In this document: piece by piece, positions 32,290-41,440 of the stretch
Layout: every line of letters starts with the position of its first letter
Numbering within the stretch: the stretch's first letter is position 1
Assembly: GCA_964552295.1 (NCBI GenBank)
Contig: CAZKFV010000094.1
Span: forward strand, 1-55,201
DNA length: 55,201 nucleotides
Direction of reading: 5' to 3'
From: an uncultured Thermotogae bacterium
Lineage (GTDB): Bacteria; Bipolaricaulota; Bipolaricaulia; UBA7950; UBA9294
The notes under the pieces: generated by a model
What the model was told of the DNA's origin: nothing
Seen by the model: only the letters and a program-made list of their open reading frames with translations
The model's database searches: none
Program-made: the position numbers and the translations under genes

Positions 32290-34977
32290 ATGTATAAGTT
32301 TTTTGAGCGGCACAAGACAGCGATTATTTGGGCCATTGTAATTGCCTTTTTGATCGGCGGCGTGGGATTGATCGGTCTAAATCAAGCGGGAGTGTTTAGA
32401 AGCCCGTCGAACACTGGTCAAGAGGTTACTAGTGCGGTGACGGTCAATGGATCTAAGATTCTACGCACTGAAGTGGACAACGCGGCTACCAACATCGCTA
32501 ATCAGTATCGGCAGTACTATCAACAGTTAGGGATGGACCCAAGTACCCTATTTGCTGGAGCCAACGGTGCCTATTTCCAACTGTCCCTTGAGGCACAAGC
32601 AGTGCAAGGTCTGATCAGACAAGAGCTATATGAGCAACAGGCCAAGCAGAAGAAAATACAGGTTTCTTCGAAGAATGTAGAGTCAGAGGCTGACAAGCAA
32701 TACAACGATTTGCTGGAAAGCAATAACATTACTGAAGAACAGCTTATAACTTATCTTCAAGGCCAGAATAGGACCCTTGTTGAGTTCAAGAAGGAGATCC
32801 AAAGTAGCGTCGAGGTCCAACTGCGTGACGAAGCATTGCGTAGTGAAGTAGTGGGCGATATCGAGCCTAGTGATGAGGAACTTACAGCATACTTCAAAGA
32901 GCATGAATCAGACTACTCAGAGGATGAACAGGTAAGAGCTTCGCACATTTTGGTTGCTGAACTGGAAACCGCGAATGAGATAGTTCAAGAGTTAAAAAAC
33001 GGCGCTGATTTTGCAGAACTTGCTGCTCAATATTCAACTGACCCGGGTACTAAGGAAGAGGGAGGCGACCTGGGCTGGTTTGGCCGCGGGCAGATGGTTC
33101 CTGAGTTTGAAGATGCTGTTTTTGCTATGGAAGTTGGGCAGATCAGCCAGCCGGTGAAGACCCAATATGGGTACCACATCATCAAGCTCACCGATCGCAA
33201 AGACCCTCACATCCCTGACCTTTCTGAGGTTAAAGACGAAGTGCGTGATGATTACCTTGAGGAGATGAGGGATAAGAAGTTCGATGAATGGTACGCTGGC
33301 ATTTACGAGCAGGCAGATATCTCTATCAAGATGCCTGTAGTCAACGCTTACCTAATCCAGCAGCAGGATCAAGATATGGGATTGGCTGAGTTTGAGCGGG
33401 TGTTTGATGAAGGTCTATCAGACGATCCGTATCTTCCCTATTACATCGGCCGTATCTACGAAGCCAGGATGACAGACGCAGAGGAAGAAAAAGAGGCGCT
33501 GCAAGCCAAGGAAGATCAAACAGATACGGAAAACCAAAGGCTGGAAGAACTTGCTCAACAGATAGAGGATGATAAAGCTAACGCCTTAGATGGTTACTTG
33601 AAAGCGCTTGAGAACGCTGACACGGATGAGAAGTTCTTGGAACGAGTTCTTGCGCTTGCTCCAGACAGCACAACAGCGATTTACCTATACGGTAAGCTCC
33701 TAGCTGAGCGAGGAGATACCATTGGCGCTGATTCAAGATTTCAAGAGGCCATAAGCAAGGACCCAGAATATGTGCCCGCCTACATCGGTTCGGGAGACAT
33801 GGCCATGGCAAACAGCAACTATAATCGTGCTGTGGCTCAGTATAGCGCTGCCCTGGAAAGGCGTGAGGGTGATATAGGCATCATGACCAAGCTGGCTGAG
33901 GCCTATCTTGCTCTTCGGGATACAGATGGGGCACAGAAGGTTTTAGATCAAATTGCTGAGGTAGATCCCGAAAACATAAAACTGGTTGTAGGATTGGGCG
34001 ACTTGGCTTATGAACGGCTGATGGCTGTAAAGGAAGAACGAGATACCCTGGCTGATAAGGGCGATTTTACAGAAGATGAGAAAGCTGAGCTTGAAAGCTT
34101 GAACGCTCAGCTTGCCCAGTATAAAGAGGAGGCTGTTGAGCATTATAAGAAAGCGATCTCGCGCGGTGGTTCGCTTGACCTTTACATAAAGCTGGGCAAT
34201 GCCTACCTTGCTGGTGGATTCCTGGATGAAGCTAGCCAGAGCTTTCGACATGTTATCCTGCGTTCACCATACAAGGCTAGAGCCTATTCTGGCCTAGCGG
34301 CAACGCTGTTGGAGCAGGGTGATGAGGAAGGGGCAATCAGAAACTACAGAACAGCATTTGCGCGCACGTTCGATGATGCAGAGAAGGAGGACATAGGAGA
34401 GATGTTGATTTCTCTCGTCCCCGATGATATGAGCATGCGGTTGCAGCTTGCTAGCGTTTACGCGAGTGAATACAAGTGGAGTGCAGCAATTAAGCAGTAC
34501 GCCATAGTACTTGATGCTGACCCTGCCTCCTTGGAGGCCTCTGCCTCCCTGGAGGCCTATCGAGGGATTTCAGAAGCTTATAAATGGCGGACAGAGTACG
34601 ATACAGCTATTGACTACCTGAAACGTGGCGTGGATAACTGTTCTGATGTCGTAGATAAGATAGATCTATATAGCAGGATAGTTGATATCAACCAAACCCA
34701 GGTCGGGCAGAGTAACCCCCTGGGCGAGGATGGGTTGGATGCTCTATTTCAACTGGCAAACCTTTATCTGGAGCAGGGCGATGAGGAGGCTGCAAAGGAA
34801 AAACTCCAGAGATTAGCTTCAGATGCTCCTGACTACCGTGAACAGGAAGTGGAGGAACTTCTCGTACAGGTGGGGGTAACTCCCGAGCCTGTTCAAACCC
34901 AGAGCGAAACTGCGCAACCAGATGAAAGCGAAAGCGATATGGAGCAACCAACGCCAGGTTCAAGTGACGGACCTTAA
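32290..34977 (+). CDS. SurA/PrsA-like peptidyl-prolyl isomerase (PpiC) fused to TPR repeats, N-terminal membrane anchor
   Basis: QVRASHILV, FAELAAQYSTDPGT..GGDLGWF, VKTQYGYHII; C-terminal TPR-like helices (AYIGSG, LYIKLGNAYL, AYSGLA). Confidence 0.85.
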   Translation: MYKFFERHKTAIIWAIVIAFLIGGVGLIGLNQAGVFRSPSNTGQEVTSAVTVNGSKILRTEVDNAATNIANQYRQYYQQLGMDPSTLFAGANGAYFQLSLEAQAVQGLIRQELYEQQAKQKKIQVSSKNVESEADKQYNDLLESNNITEEQLITYLQGQNRTLVEFKKEIQSSVEVQLRDEALRSEVVGDIEPSDEELTAYFKEHESDYSEDEQVRASHILVAELETANEIVQELKNGADFAELAAQYSTDPGTKEEGGDLGWFGRGQMVPEFEDAVFAMEVGQISQPVKTQYGYHIIKLTDRKDPHIPDLSEVKDEVRDDYLEEMRDKKFDEWYAGIYEQADISIKMPVVNAYLIQQQDQDMGLAEFERVFDEGLSDDPYLPYYIGRIYEARMTDAEEEKEALQAKEDQTDTENQRLEELAQQIEDDKANALDGYLKALENADTDEKFLERVLALAPDSTTAIYLYGKLLAERGDTIGADSRFQEAISKDPEYVPAYIGSGDMAMANSNYNRAVAQYSAALERREGDIGIMTKLAEAYLALRDTDGAQKVLDQIAEVDPENIKLVVGLGDLAYERLMAVKEERDTLADKGDFTEDEKAELESLNAQLAQYKEEAVEHYKKAISRGGSLDLYIKLGNAYLAGGFLDEASQSFRHVILRSPYKARAYSGLAATLLEQGDEEGAIRNYRTAFARTFDDAEKEDIGEMLISLVPDDMSMRLQLASVYASEYKWSAAIKQYAIVLDADPASLEASASLEAYRGISEAYKWRTEYDTAIDYLKRGVDNCSDVVDKIDLYSRIVDINQTQVGQSNPLGEDGLDALFQLANLYLEQGDEEAAKEKLQRLASDAPDYREQEVEELLVQVGVTPEPVQTQSETAQPDESESDMEQPTPGSSDGP
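34525..34560 (+). repeat. In-frame 18-bp tandem duplication (ASLEAS/ASLEAY)
   Basis: gcctccttggaggcctct gcctccctggaggcctat. Confidence 0.85.
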
Positions 34978-35560
34978 CTCTTTTTCCGATTTAGTTAAGA
35001 TCATTGCTAGGCTACGGGCGCCAGACGGGTGCCCGTGGGATAGGGCACAGACCCATGTTAGTCTGCGCCCATATGTGCTGGAGGAAGCTCACGAGGTAAT
35101 TGCGGCCATCGATGCGGGCGAGCCAACGGCGCTGGCCGATGAGCTTGGTGATGTGCTACTGCAAGTTTTGTTGCACAGCCAGATCGCGACTGAAGAGGAT
35201 CAATTTACAATAGACGATGTCATTGACGGGCTTTCAAGAAAGATGATCCGCCGGCATCCGCATGTTTTTGCGGGCACCCCCAGCGATATGGAGTCGGTGC
35301 ATCGTTCCTGGGAAGACATCAAAAGCAAAGAGCGGTCTAGCAAGACAGCGCTTCCCACTCTTCTTGCTGCCAGAAAGCTCATTTCGCGCCTTGGCATGCT
35401 CCCAAATCAGATAACCCAGGCTGAATTCCACGATGAAGAAAGCAGGGCAGGAGGAATAATTCTAGCCTCCATAGCACGGGTGATGAATCAGGGAGTTGAT
35501 CCGGAGATAGCACTACGTAGAAGTATCGATTATTTCGCAAATAACTCAGCGAGGGACTAA
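34964..35560 (+). CDS. mazG: MazG family nucleoside triphosphate pyrophosphohydrolase
   Basis: LRAPDGCPWDRAQTH, EEAHEV, DELGDVLLQV, KMIRRHPHVF; GTG start at 34964 assumed. Confidence 0.88.
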   Translation: MTDLNSFSDLVKIIARLRAPDGCPWDRAQTHVSLRPYVLEEAHEVIAAIDAGEPTALADELGDVLLQVLLHSQIATEEDQFTIDDVIDGLSRKMIRRHPHVFAGTPSDMESVHRSWEDIKSKERSSKTALPTLLAARKLISRLGMLPNQITQAEFHDEESRAGGIILASIARVMNQGVDPEIALRRSIDYFANNSARD

Positions 35561-35808
35561 TGTGCGAGGCTAGTGTTTACTGGGTAAGTGCGACGGAGAG
35601 ACAGATTCATTTTGTGGATGCCATACTTAGCGCCTACGATGGCCTTGCAAACGTACGTCGGGAGTGGCGACTGCAGGATGGTCAGATGTTCTTCAAGATC
35701 TACGTTTCACCAGGAATGGAAGACGAGTTCGAATTGGTTATGGAACGCCTCTCTCGCGAGGCAGGCATTGGCAAGTTTTTCCGCGGAGAGGACAATGAGC
35801 CAGTGTAG
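35560..35808 (+). CDS. Small conserved protein (DUF4911-like)
   Basis: IHFVDAILSAYDGLANVR pattern; start overlaps mazG stop (TAATG). Confidence 0.6.
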   Translation: MCEASVYWVSATERQIHFVDAILSAYDGLANVRREWRLQDGQMFFKIYVSPGMEDEFELVMERLSREAGIGKFFRGEDNEPV

Positions 35809-36214
35809 CCCGCGCGAAAGAGTTCGTTCCATCTTCGATGTGGATTATGATAAGCTTTATGCTCTTGGTAAACGTGCGATTCTCTTTGATCTGGACAACA
35901 CTCTCGGCAAACGACGCCCAGCTCAACTCTCCCCGCAGGTTAGGGAACTGCTGGAAAGGCTGACAACGATGGGTTACCGTGTTGGCATTCTAACAAATCG
36001 CCGGATTGGCACTAAAGATCCAGTGATTTTGGAGCTTGCTGATAAGTACCCTGTCCGGTGCCGGGCTGGGAAACCTAGGCGCAGAGGATTTCGCGAAATC
36101 CTGGACCAAATAGGTGTTTCCCCTAAAAGCGCGGTTATGATTGGTGATCGGGTTTTTACAGACATCCTTGGGGCAAATCGCCTTGGAATTTACTCCATTC
36201 GCATCAAGGATTAG
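35795..36214 (+). CDS. YqeG-like HAD-IIIA phosphatase
   Basis: ILFDLDNTL, GILTN, AGKP, VMIGDRVFTDILGANRLG. Confidence 0.88.
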   Translation: MSQCSPRERVRSIFDVDYDKLYALGKRAILFDLDNTLGKRRPAQLSPQVRELLERLTTMGYRVGILTNRRIGTKDPVILELADKYPVRCRAGKPRRRGFREILDQIGVSPKSAVMIGDRVFTDILGANRLGIYSIRIKD

Positions 36215-36301
36215 TTATTGATTTTTCGGCGCGCAATAATTGGACTGAATCTTGGCTAGTAATGATCTATCGGCTATCATTTATGTGGATCGTTTTTGGG
36301 G

Positions 36302-36335
36302 CGGATACTTAACAGGATTGCCTATTAAGTATCCG
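36302..36335. promoter_or_regulatory. Inverted repeat upstream of the argF-led operon (operator or attenuator hairpin)
   Basis: CGGATACTTAA-caggattgccta-TTAAGTATCCG, 11-bp perfect arms. Confidence 0.45.
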
Positions 36336-36385
36336 TCGTTCGCATCAAACAGCATACAGTACGGCCATAGGGGAGGCAACAACAG

Positions 36386-37297
36386 ATGAAAACAAAGGAC
36401 CTTGTAGCGCTTTCGTATCTCACTGTGGAGGAGATGTATGAGATACTTGAAACAGCACGTAGTCTGAAACTCGAACACCGCGCTGGTGTAAAACACGAGA
36501 TGCTTTCAGGAAAGACACTAGCGATGATATTTGAGAAACCATCGCTAAGAACGCGGGTCTCATTTCAGAATGGCATGTACCAATTGGGCGGACACGCCAT
36601 ATACCTTGGGCCTGATGATATAAAGCTGGGAAAACGGGAGACCACGGAGGATATCGCGATGGTTTTATCCAGGTATGTTGATGGAATCATGGCCCGCGTT
36701 TTCGAGCATCAGACAATCGTTGACTTGGCTAAGTACGCCTCTGTGCCGGTTATCAACGCGCTGTGTGATCGCTATCACCCATGCCAGATCTTGGGAGACC
36801 TGCTTACTATTATGGAAAAAAGGCGGCAGCTTTCCGGTTTGACCCTCGCGTTTATTGGCGATGGCAACAATGTGGCGCACTCACTCATAAACGGTTGTGC
36901 CAAAGTTGGGATGGATTTTCGCATAGCTTGCCCTGAAGGTTATGAGCCTAATGAAGATATAGTACAGGAGGCGCGCTCCATTGGGGGCAAGGTCGAGATA
37001 ATACACGACCCTAACGAGGCAGCTAGAGGAGCTGATGTTTTGTACACGGATGTGTGGGCTAGTATGGGACAGGAAGTTGATTCCGAGCAGAAGAAGAACG
37101 CCTTTGTCGGATTCACCATAGATGAGAATTTGGTCAAGCTTGCCGATCGAGATGCGCTTGTCATGCACTGCCTGCCCGCTCACTACGATGAAGAAATCAC
37201 CTACGCAGCCTCGCGGAGTAAGGGAAGCGCAATCTTCGATCAGGCAGAAAACAGAATGCATGCGCAGAAGGCCGTGCTTGCGCTGGTTATGTCCTAA
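36386..37297 (+). CDS. argF: Ornithine carbamoyltransferase
   Basis: FEKPSLRTRVSF, HPCQ, GDGNNV, TDVWASMGQE, HCLPAH, QAENRMH. Confidence 0.96.
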   Translation: MKTKDLVALSYLTVEEMYEILETARSLKLEHRAGVKHEMLSGKTLAMIFEKPSLRTRVSFQNGMYQLGGHAIYLGPDDIKLGKRETTEDIAMVLSRYVDGIMARVFEHQTIVDLAKYASVPVINALCDRYHPCQILGDLLTIMEKRRQLSGLTLAFIGDGNNVAHSLINGCAKVGMDFRIACPEGYEPNEDIVQEARSIGGKVEIIHDPNEAARGADVLYTDVWASMGQEVDSEQKKNAFVGFTIDENLVKLADRDALVMHCLPAHYDEEITYAASRSKGSAIFDQAENRMHAQKAVLALVMS

Positions 37298-37300
37298 GAG

Positions 37301-38473
37301 GTGACCACGGTGAGCAATCAGCTTGTTCTTGGTTCCACAAACAAAGGTGACTGTACCGTTAGGGTAACAGAGTGTTTGGAACCCAGGATCAACATAGTGA
37401 CGGACAACGATCACCTGTTCGAAATGGGACTGCTTTCAGTGATAGAAGAATCGATGTCCGCATTAGGCACTGATACACTTTGCGTTGACCTGGAAGATCA
37501 TGGCGCTGTTGATTATGTGGTTATGGCAAGGGTTGAGGCGGCTGTGCGAGCAGTATCACCTCAGATAGGTGCGTGGCGGATAGGGACAAAGCAAGATAGC
37601 AGCACTAGGGACCGCCTGCGCAGAACTCGCCTTTACGCGCCTGGGAATAACCCTCACTTGCTGATGGGAGCAGAGCTATATGGTTCCGACTGCGTACTGC
37701 TGGACCTAGAAGATTCTGTTCCCCTATCAGAAAAGAATGTGGCGCGCATTCTGGTCAAGCATCTGCTGGCCGCAGTGGAGTTTCAAGAGGTGTGGGTGCG
37801 GATAGATCCACTTGAAACATGCGGAAGGGAAGATCTGGCAGAGGTGATGCTTGCTTCTCCACACGGTATATGTCTACCAAAGGCAGAGTCATGCAATGAT
37901 GTCTTTAAACTAGAAGAAGAAATGGCGGTTCTTGAAAGCAACCTAGAAATTGACCTCGGATCTACGTTCATAATGCCCATCATTGAGACTGGAAAAGGAG
38001 TGTTGAATGCTTTGGAGATAGCTTCCGCCAGCAAGCGGGTGGTAGTTATGGCCTTTGGTGCCGAGGACTACACGCGCGATGTTGGAGCAAATAGAACGCG
38101 GGAGGCGCTCTTGTATGCGCGCACGAAGATTGTAGCAGCGTGTGCCGCTTCGGGAATTCAGGCCTCAGATACGGTTTATGCGGACGTTGATGATGAAGAG
38201 GGCCTGATTGAGGAGACCAAGCATATTCGCGATCTTGGTTTTGTTGGTAAAGGGGCGATCAATCCTCGGCAGATAATGCCAATTCATGAGGTATTTCGCC
38301 CTACAGACGAACAGATTAAGTACGCTCGTGAAGTTATTGCTGTTGCCGACCAGGCAAAGGCTAAGGGGATTGGCGCAGTTGCACTACGTGGGAAGATGAT
38401 CGATTGGCCTGTTGTGGAAAGGGCCAAGAAACTAGTCGCGCATTTGGAACAGCTCGAGGAAAAATGGAGATAA
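37301..38473 (+). CDS. citE: Fusion of a degenerate citrate-lyase ACP (CitD-like) and a citryl-CoA lyase (CitE/HpcH family)
   Basis: N-domain EDHGAVDYVVMARVEAAV matches the CitD C-terminal motif; C-domain LYAPGNNP, LDLEDSV, IIETGKG, AFGAEDY, GKGAINPRQ. Confidence 0.85.
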   Translation: MTTVSNQLVLGSTNKGDCTVRVTECLEPRINIVTDNDHLFEMGLLSVIEESMSALGTDTLCVDLEDHGAVDYVVMARVEAAVRAVSPQIGAWRIGTKQDSSTRDRLRRTRLYAPGNNPHLLMGAELYGSDCVLLDLEDSVPLSEKNVARILVKHLLAAVEFQEVWVRIDPLETCGREDLAEVMLASPHGICLPKAESCNDVFKLEEEMAVLESNLEIDLGSTFIMPIIETGKGVLNALEIASASKRVVVMAFGAEDYTRDVGANRTREALLYARTKIVAACAASGIQASDTVYADVDDEEGLIEETKHIRDLGFVGKGAINPRQIMPIHEVFRPTDEQIKYAREVIAVADQAKAKGIGAVALRGKMIDWPVVERAKKLVAHLEQLEEKWR

Positions 38474-40017
38474 GAAACGCACTGGGTAGGCAGATCCCCG
38501 AGAAGGTTGGAAACAGGCTACTGCGTCCGTTTGAGGGGGTTTTCGCTACCGTGCCAAGTGGCAGAAAAGCCACTCGCCCTCAAAAAACTGTTAGAAAAGG
38601 CGAGAACAAGGTGCTTTCTTCTATCCAAAAGTCCATAGAAGCAACTGGTCTTGAAAGTGGCATGACGATCTCATTTCACCATTCATTCCGTAATGGTGAC
38701 TACGTGGTTAACATGGTGCTAGATGCCTGTGCTAAGATGGGAATAGAAGATTTACGTCTATTTGCAACAGCGCTTTTTCCGGTGCATGAACCCGTGATTG
38801 AGCATATCAAAAACGGCGTTGTAACACGAATTGAAGGCTCAATGAACGGGCCAATTGGGGCATTCGTATCTCAAGGGGGTCAGCTGAAGAGCCCGCCGGT
38901 GCTTCGTTCGCACGGTGGTCGTTGGAGGGCGGTGGAGGCTGGTGATGTTCATATCGATGTTGCGTTCATCGCTGCTTCCCAGGCGGATCCATACGGAAAT
39001 GCTAATGGCATATATGGCAAGACCCCTTGCGGACCGATCTCGTTTTCCATAGTGGATGCTCAATATGCGGAGAAAACCGTTGTAGTGACCAATGATCTAT
39101 CAAGATATCCAGCATACCCATTTGAGATTCAGCAGGGCTGGACAGATTACGTAGTAGTGGTAGATGAGATTGGAGATCCAAACAGCATTTCATCGGGAAC
39201 CCTTCAAATCACCCGTTCTCCGACTCGTTTAGGGATAGCTCGTCTGGCTGCAGCGGCAGTGAAGGCTTCTGGTTACATGAAGGATGGTTTCAGTTTTCAA
39301 GGAGGAGCTGGGGGTATATCACTAGCTGCTACAAAATTTGTGGGCGAGGAAATGGAACGGTCTGGAATTGTAGGCAGTTTTGCTATGGGTGGAGGAACAA
39401 GCTTGCTTGTAGATATTCTACATCGCGGATTGGTCCGGACTATCCTCGATGGGCAGGTATTCGATCTGGCAGCAGCAGAATCGATGCGAAATGATCCAAA
39501 CCATGTACTCATGGATCCTGGCCACTACGGCAACTATGACTCACGAGGTTGTGCTACGTACATGCTCGACGCGGCTTTCCTTGGGGCCACGGAAGTAGAT
39601 GTTGATTTCAATGTCAATGTAAACACCCACTCTGACGGCCAGCTTCTGCACGGAATTGGCGGTCACCAGGAGGTTGCTGTTGGAGCTAGCCTGACATTGA
39701 TTACCGTTCCTACCCTGAGAGGCAGGCTTCCTGTTATTGTAGATAAAGTGACTACAGTGACCACGCCAGGGGAGGTCATTGATGCTGTTGTAACCGAGCG
39801 TGGTATCGCAGTGAATCCCAGAAGGGGTGATCTGAAAGAGCGTTTCCTGGCTGCAGGTCTTCCGGTTCGTGAGCTTGTAAACATCAAGCGAGAGGCAGAT
39901 CGCTTGGTTCGCCCTCTTCGAAAGCCGATATTTGGCGATGAGGTAATAGCAGTGATTGAGTGGCAGGATGGAAGTGTTATTGATGTTGTGCGAAAAGTAG
40001 TAGGATGGCGCAGTTAG
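38464..40017 (+). CDS. citF: Citrate lyase alpha subunit / citrate CoA-transferase
   Basis: MTISFHHSFRNGD, RSHGGR, SFQGGAGG, LGATEVDVDFNVNV, GIGGHQ, VTTPGEVIDAVVTERGIAVNP. Confidence 0.93.
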   Translation: MEIRNALGRQIPEKVGNRLLRPFEGVFATVPSGRKATRPQKTVRKGENKVLSSIQKSIEATGLESGMTISFHHSFRNGDYVVNMVLDACAKMGIEDLRLFATALFPVHEPVIEHIKNGVVTRIEGSMNGPIGAFVSQGGQLKSPPVLRSHGGRWRAVEAGDVHIDVAFIAASQADPYGNANGIYGKTPCGPISFSIVDAQYAEKTVVVTNDLSRYPAYPFEIQQGWTDYVVVVDEIGDPNSISSGTLQITRSPTRLGIARLAAAAVKASGYMKDGFSFQGGAGGISLAATKFVGEEMERSGIVGSFAMGGGTSLLVDILHRGLVRTILDGQVFDLAAAESMRNDPNHVLMDPGHYGNYDSRGCATYMLDAAFLGATEVDVDFNVNVNTHSDGQLLHGIGGHQEVAVGASLTLITVPTLRGRLPVIVDKVTTVTTPGEVIDAVVTERGIAVNPRRGDLKERFLAAGLPVRELVNIKREADRLVRPLRKPIFGDEVIAVIEWQDGSVIDVVRKVVGWRS

Positions 40018-40156
40018 TTGATAATTCCAGTTACATCTCCTAGAATTACCTCTTTGGTCTTCTGACAAGGTGAACAAGAAGACAGCATAAAAGCGTATTC
40101 AGTCTGGCAAATATAGTGCCTCATATTGAGGTTTGGAATTACTGAAGGAGGGTGTT

Positions 40157-41440
40157 GTGAGACTGTACGAGCATGAGGCAAAGAGGATATTCCAGTCCAA
40201 GGGGATACCTATACCGGAGCAGTATGGAGTAATTCATTCCCCTGAGCAGCTGGCAGAAGTAAAGGTAGAATATCCCGTTATGCTCAAAGCTGTAGTTCTA
40301 ATTGGGGGCAGGGGCAAAGCTGGGGGAATCAAAAGGGCTTCAGATCCAGAAGAGGCCAAGGCTAAGGCAGAGGAGCTGTTCAACCTCAAGATTCGGGGTT
40401 ATCCTGTGGAAAGCGTGCTTCTTGAAAGGGCGGTGGAGGAAATTGGAGCTTGCTACGTTGGGATAACTATGGACCCAGCAAGCTATAATAATGTCGTGAT
40501 TCTGAGCGCATCTGGTGGTGTAGAGATAGAGACGGTAGCTAAGGAGAAGCCAGAGGCAATTCATAGGTTTGAAGTTGTCGGAAATGAGCTGGAGCTGTCC
40601 AAGGAAATATCAGATGATCTGGCAGGCAAGCTTTCAAAAGATCTGGGGGAGCAGGCTGGCAATAAGGAACAGCTTTCACAAATTCTATCTAAGCTCTACG
40701 CAGTTTATCAGGATGTCGATGCAAAGGTCTGTGAGATCAATCCACTTATACTTACACCCGATGGCCCCATAGCAGCTGATGCTAAATTGGTGCTAGATGA
40801 TAACGCCCTTTTCCGGCAGGTGAAATTGCTGGAGCAGTTGGGTATTGCTGGAAAGAGGCATGACGTAGCAGAGTTGACATCTAATGAGAAGCGCGCGCAG
40901 AAAGCAGGCTTTCCGTATGTTGACCTCCTTGCAGAGGATGCTGCAAAGGATCCTAAAAAGCTGTATGTTGGACTTGTTCCTGGTGGCGCTGGTTATGGAA
41001 TCTTCTCCATCGATGAAGTGGCCAATATTGGGGACCGCTTCTTTCAGGGAAAAGTTGTTCCGGTCAACTTCATGGACTCTGGAGGTGGCCCTTCTCAAGG
41101 AAAAGTTGCAGAGATGTTTCATCTGCTCATGGATTATGAAAAGGTTGACATGATTATCACATCACGATTTGGTGGCGTATCAAGTTGTGATACTTTCATC
41201 CGTGGTCTTATCCAAGCCTTGAGAGAACGACATGAGGCTGGAGAAAGGGTAATTCCGGTATATGGGAGAATGGTAGGCACGGATCTTCCCAGCGCCAGGG
41301 CATATCTGGAAAAGGCAAAAGGGAGCCCTGCGGATCCAGCATTGGAGAAGATGACTATCATCGTTGGAAACCAGAAGATCATGGCTGATGTCATTAAAAA
41401 AGGGATTAGTAAGGCATTTGAAAGTAAGGGGTGGAACTGA
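40157..41440 (+). CDS. ATP-grasp acyl-CoA synthetase beta subunit (SucC/citryl-CoA synthetase large-like)
   Basis: LYEHEAK, KAVVLIGGRGKAGGI, SGGVEIE, EINPL, AADAKLVLDDNALFRQ, NFMDSGGG, FGGVSSCD; GTG start after SD AAGGAGG. Confidence 0.85.
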   Translation: MRLYEHEAKRIFQSKGIPIPEQYGVIHSPEQLAEVKVEYPVMLKAVVLIGGRGKAGGIKRASDPEEAKAKAEELFNLKIRGYPVESVLLERAVEEIGACYVGITMDPASYNNVVILSASGGVEIETVAKEKPEAIHRFEVVGNELELSKEISDDLAGKLSKDLGEQAGNKEQLSQILSKLYAVYQDVDAKVCEINPLILTPDGPIAADAKLVLDDNALFRQVKLLEQLGIAGKRHDVAELTSNEKRAQKAGFPYVDLLAEDAAKDPKKLYVGLVPGGAGYGIFSIDEVANIGDRFFQGKVVPVNFMDSGGGPSQGKVAEMFHLLMDYEKVDMIITSRFGGVSSCDTFIRGLIQALRERHEAGERVIPVYGRMVGTDLPSARAYLEKAKGSPADPALEKMTIIVGNQKIMADVIKKGISKAFESKGWN

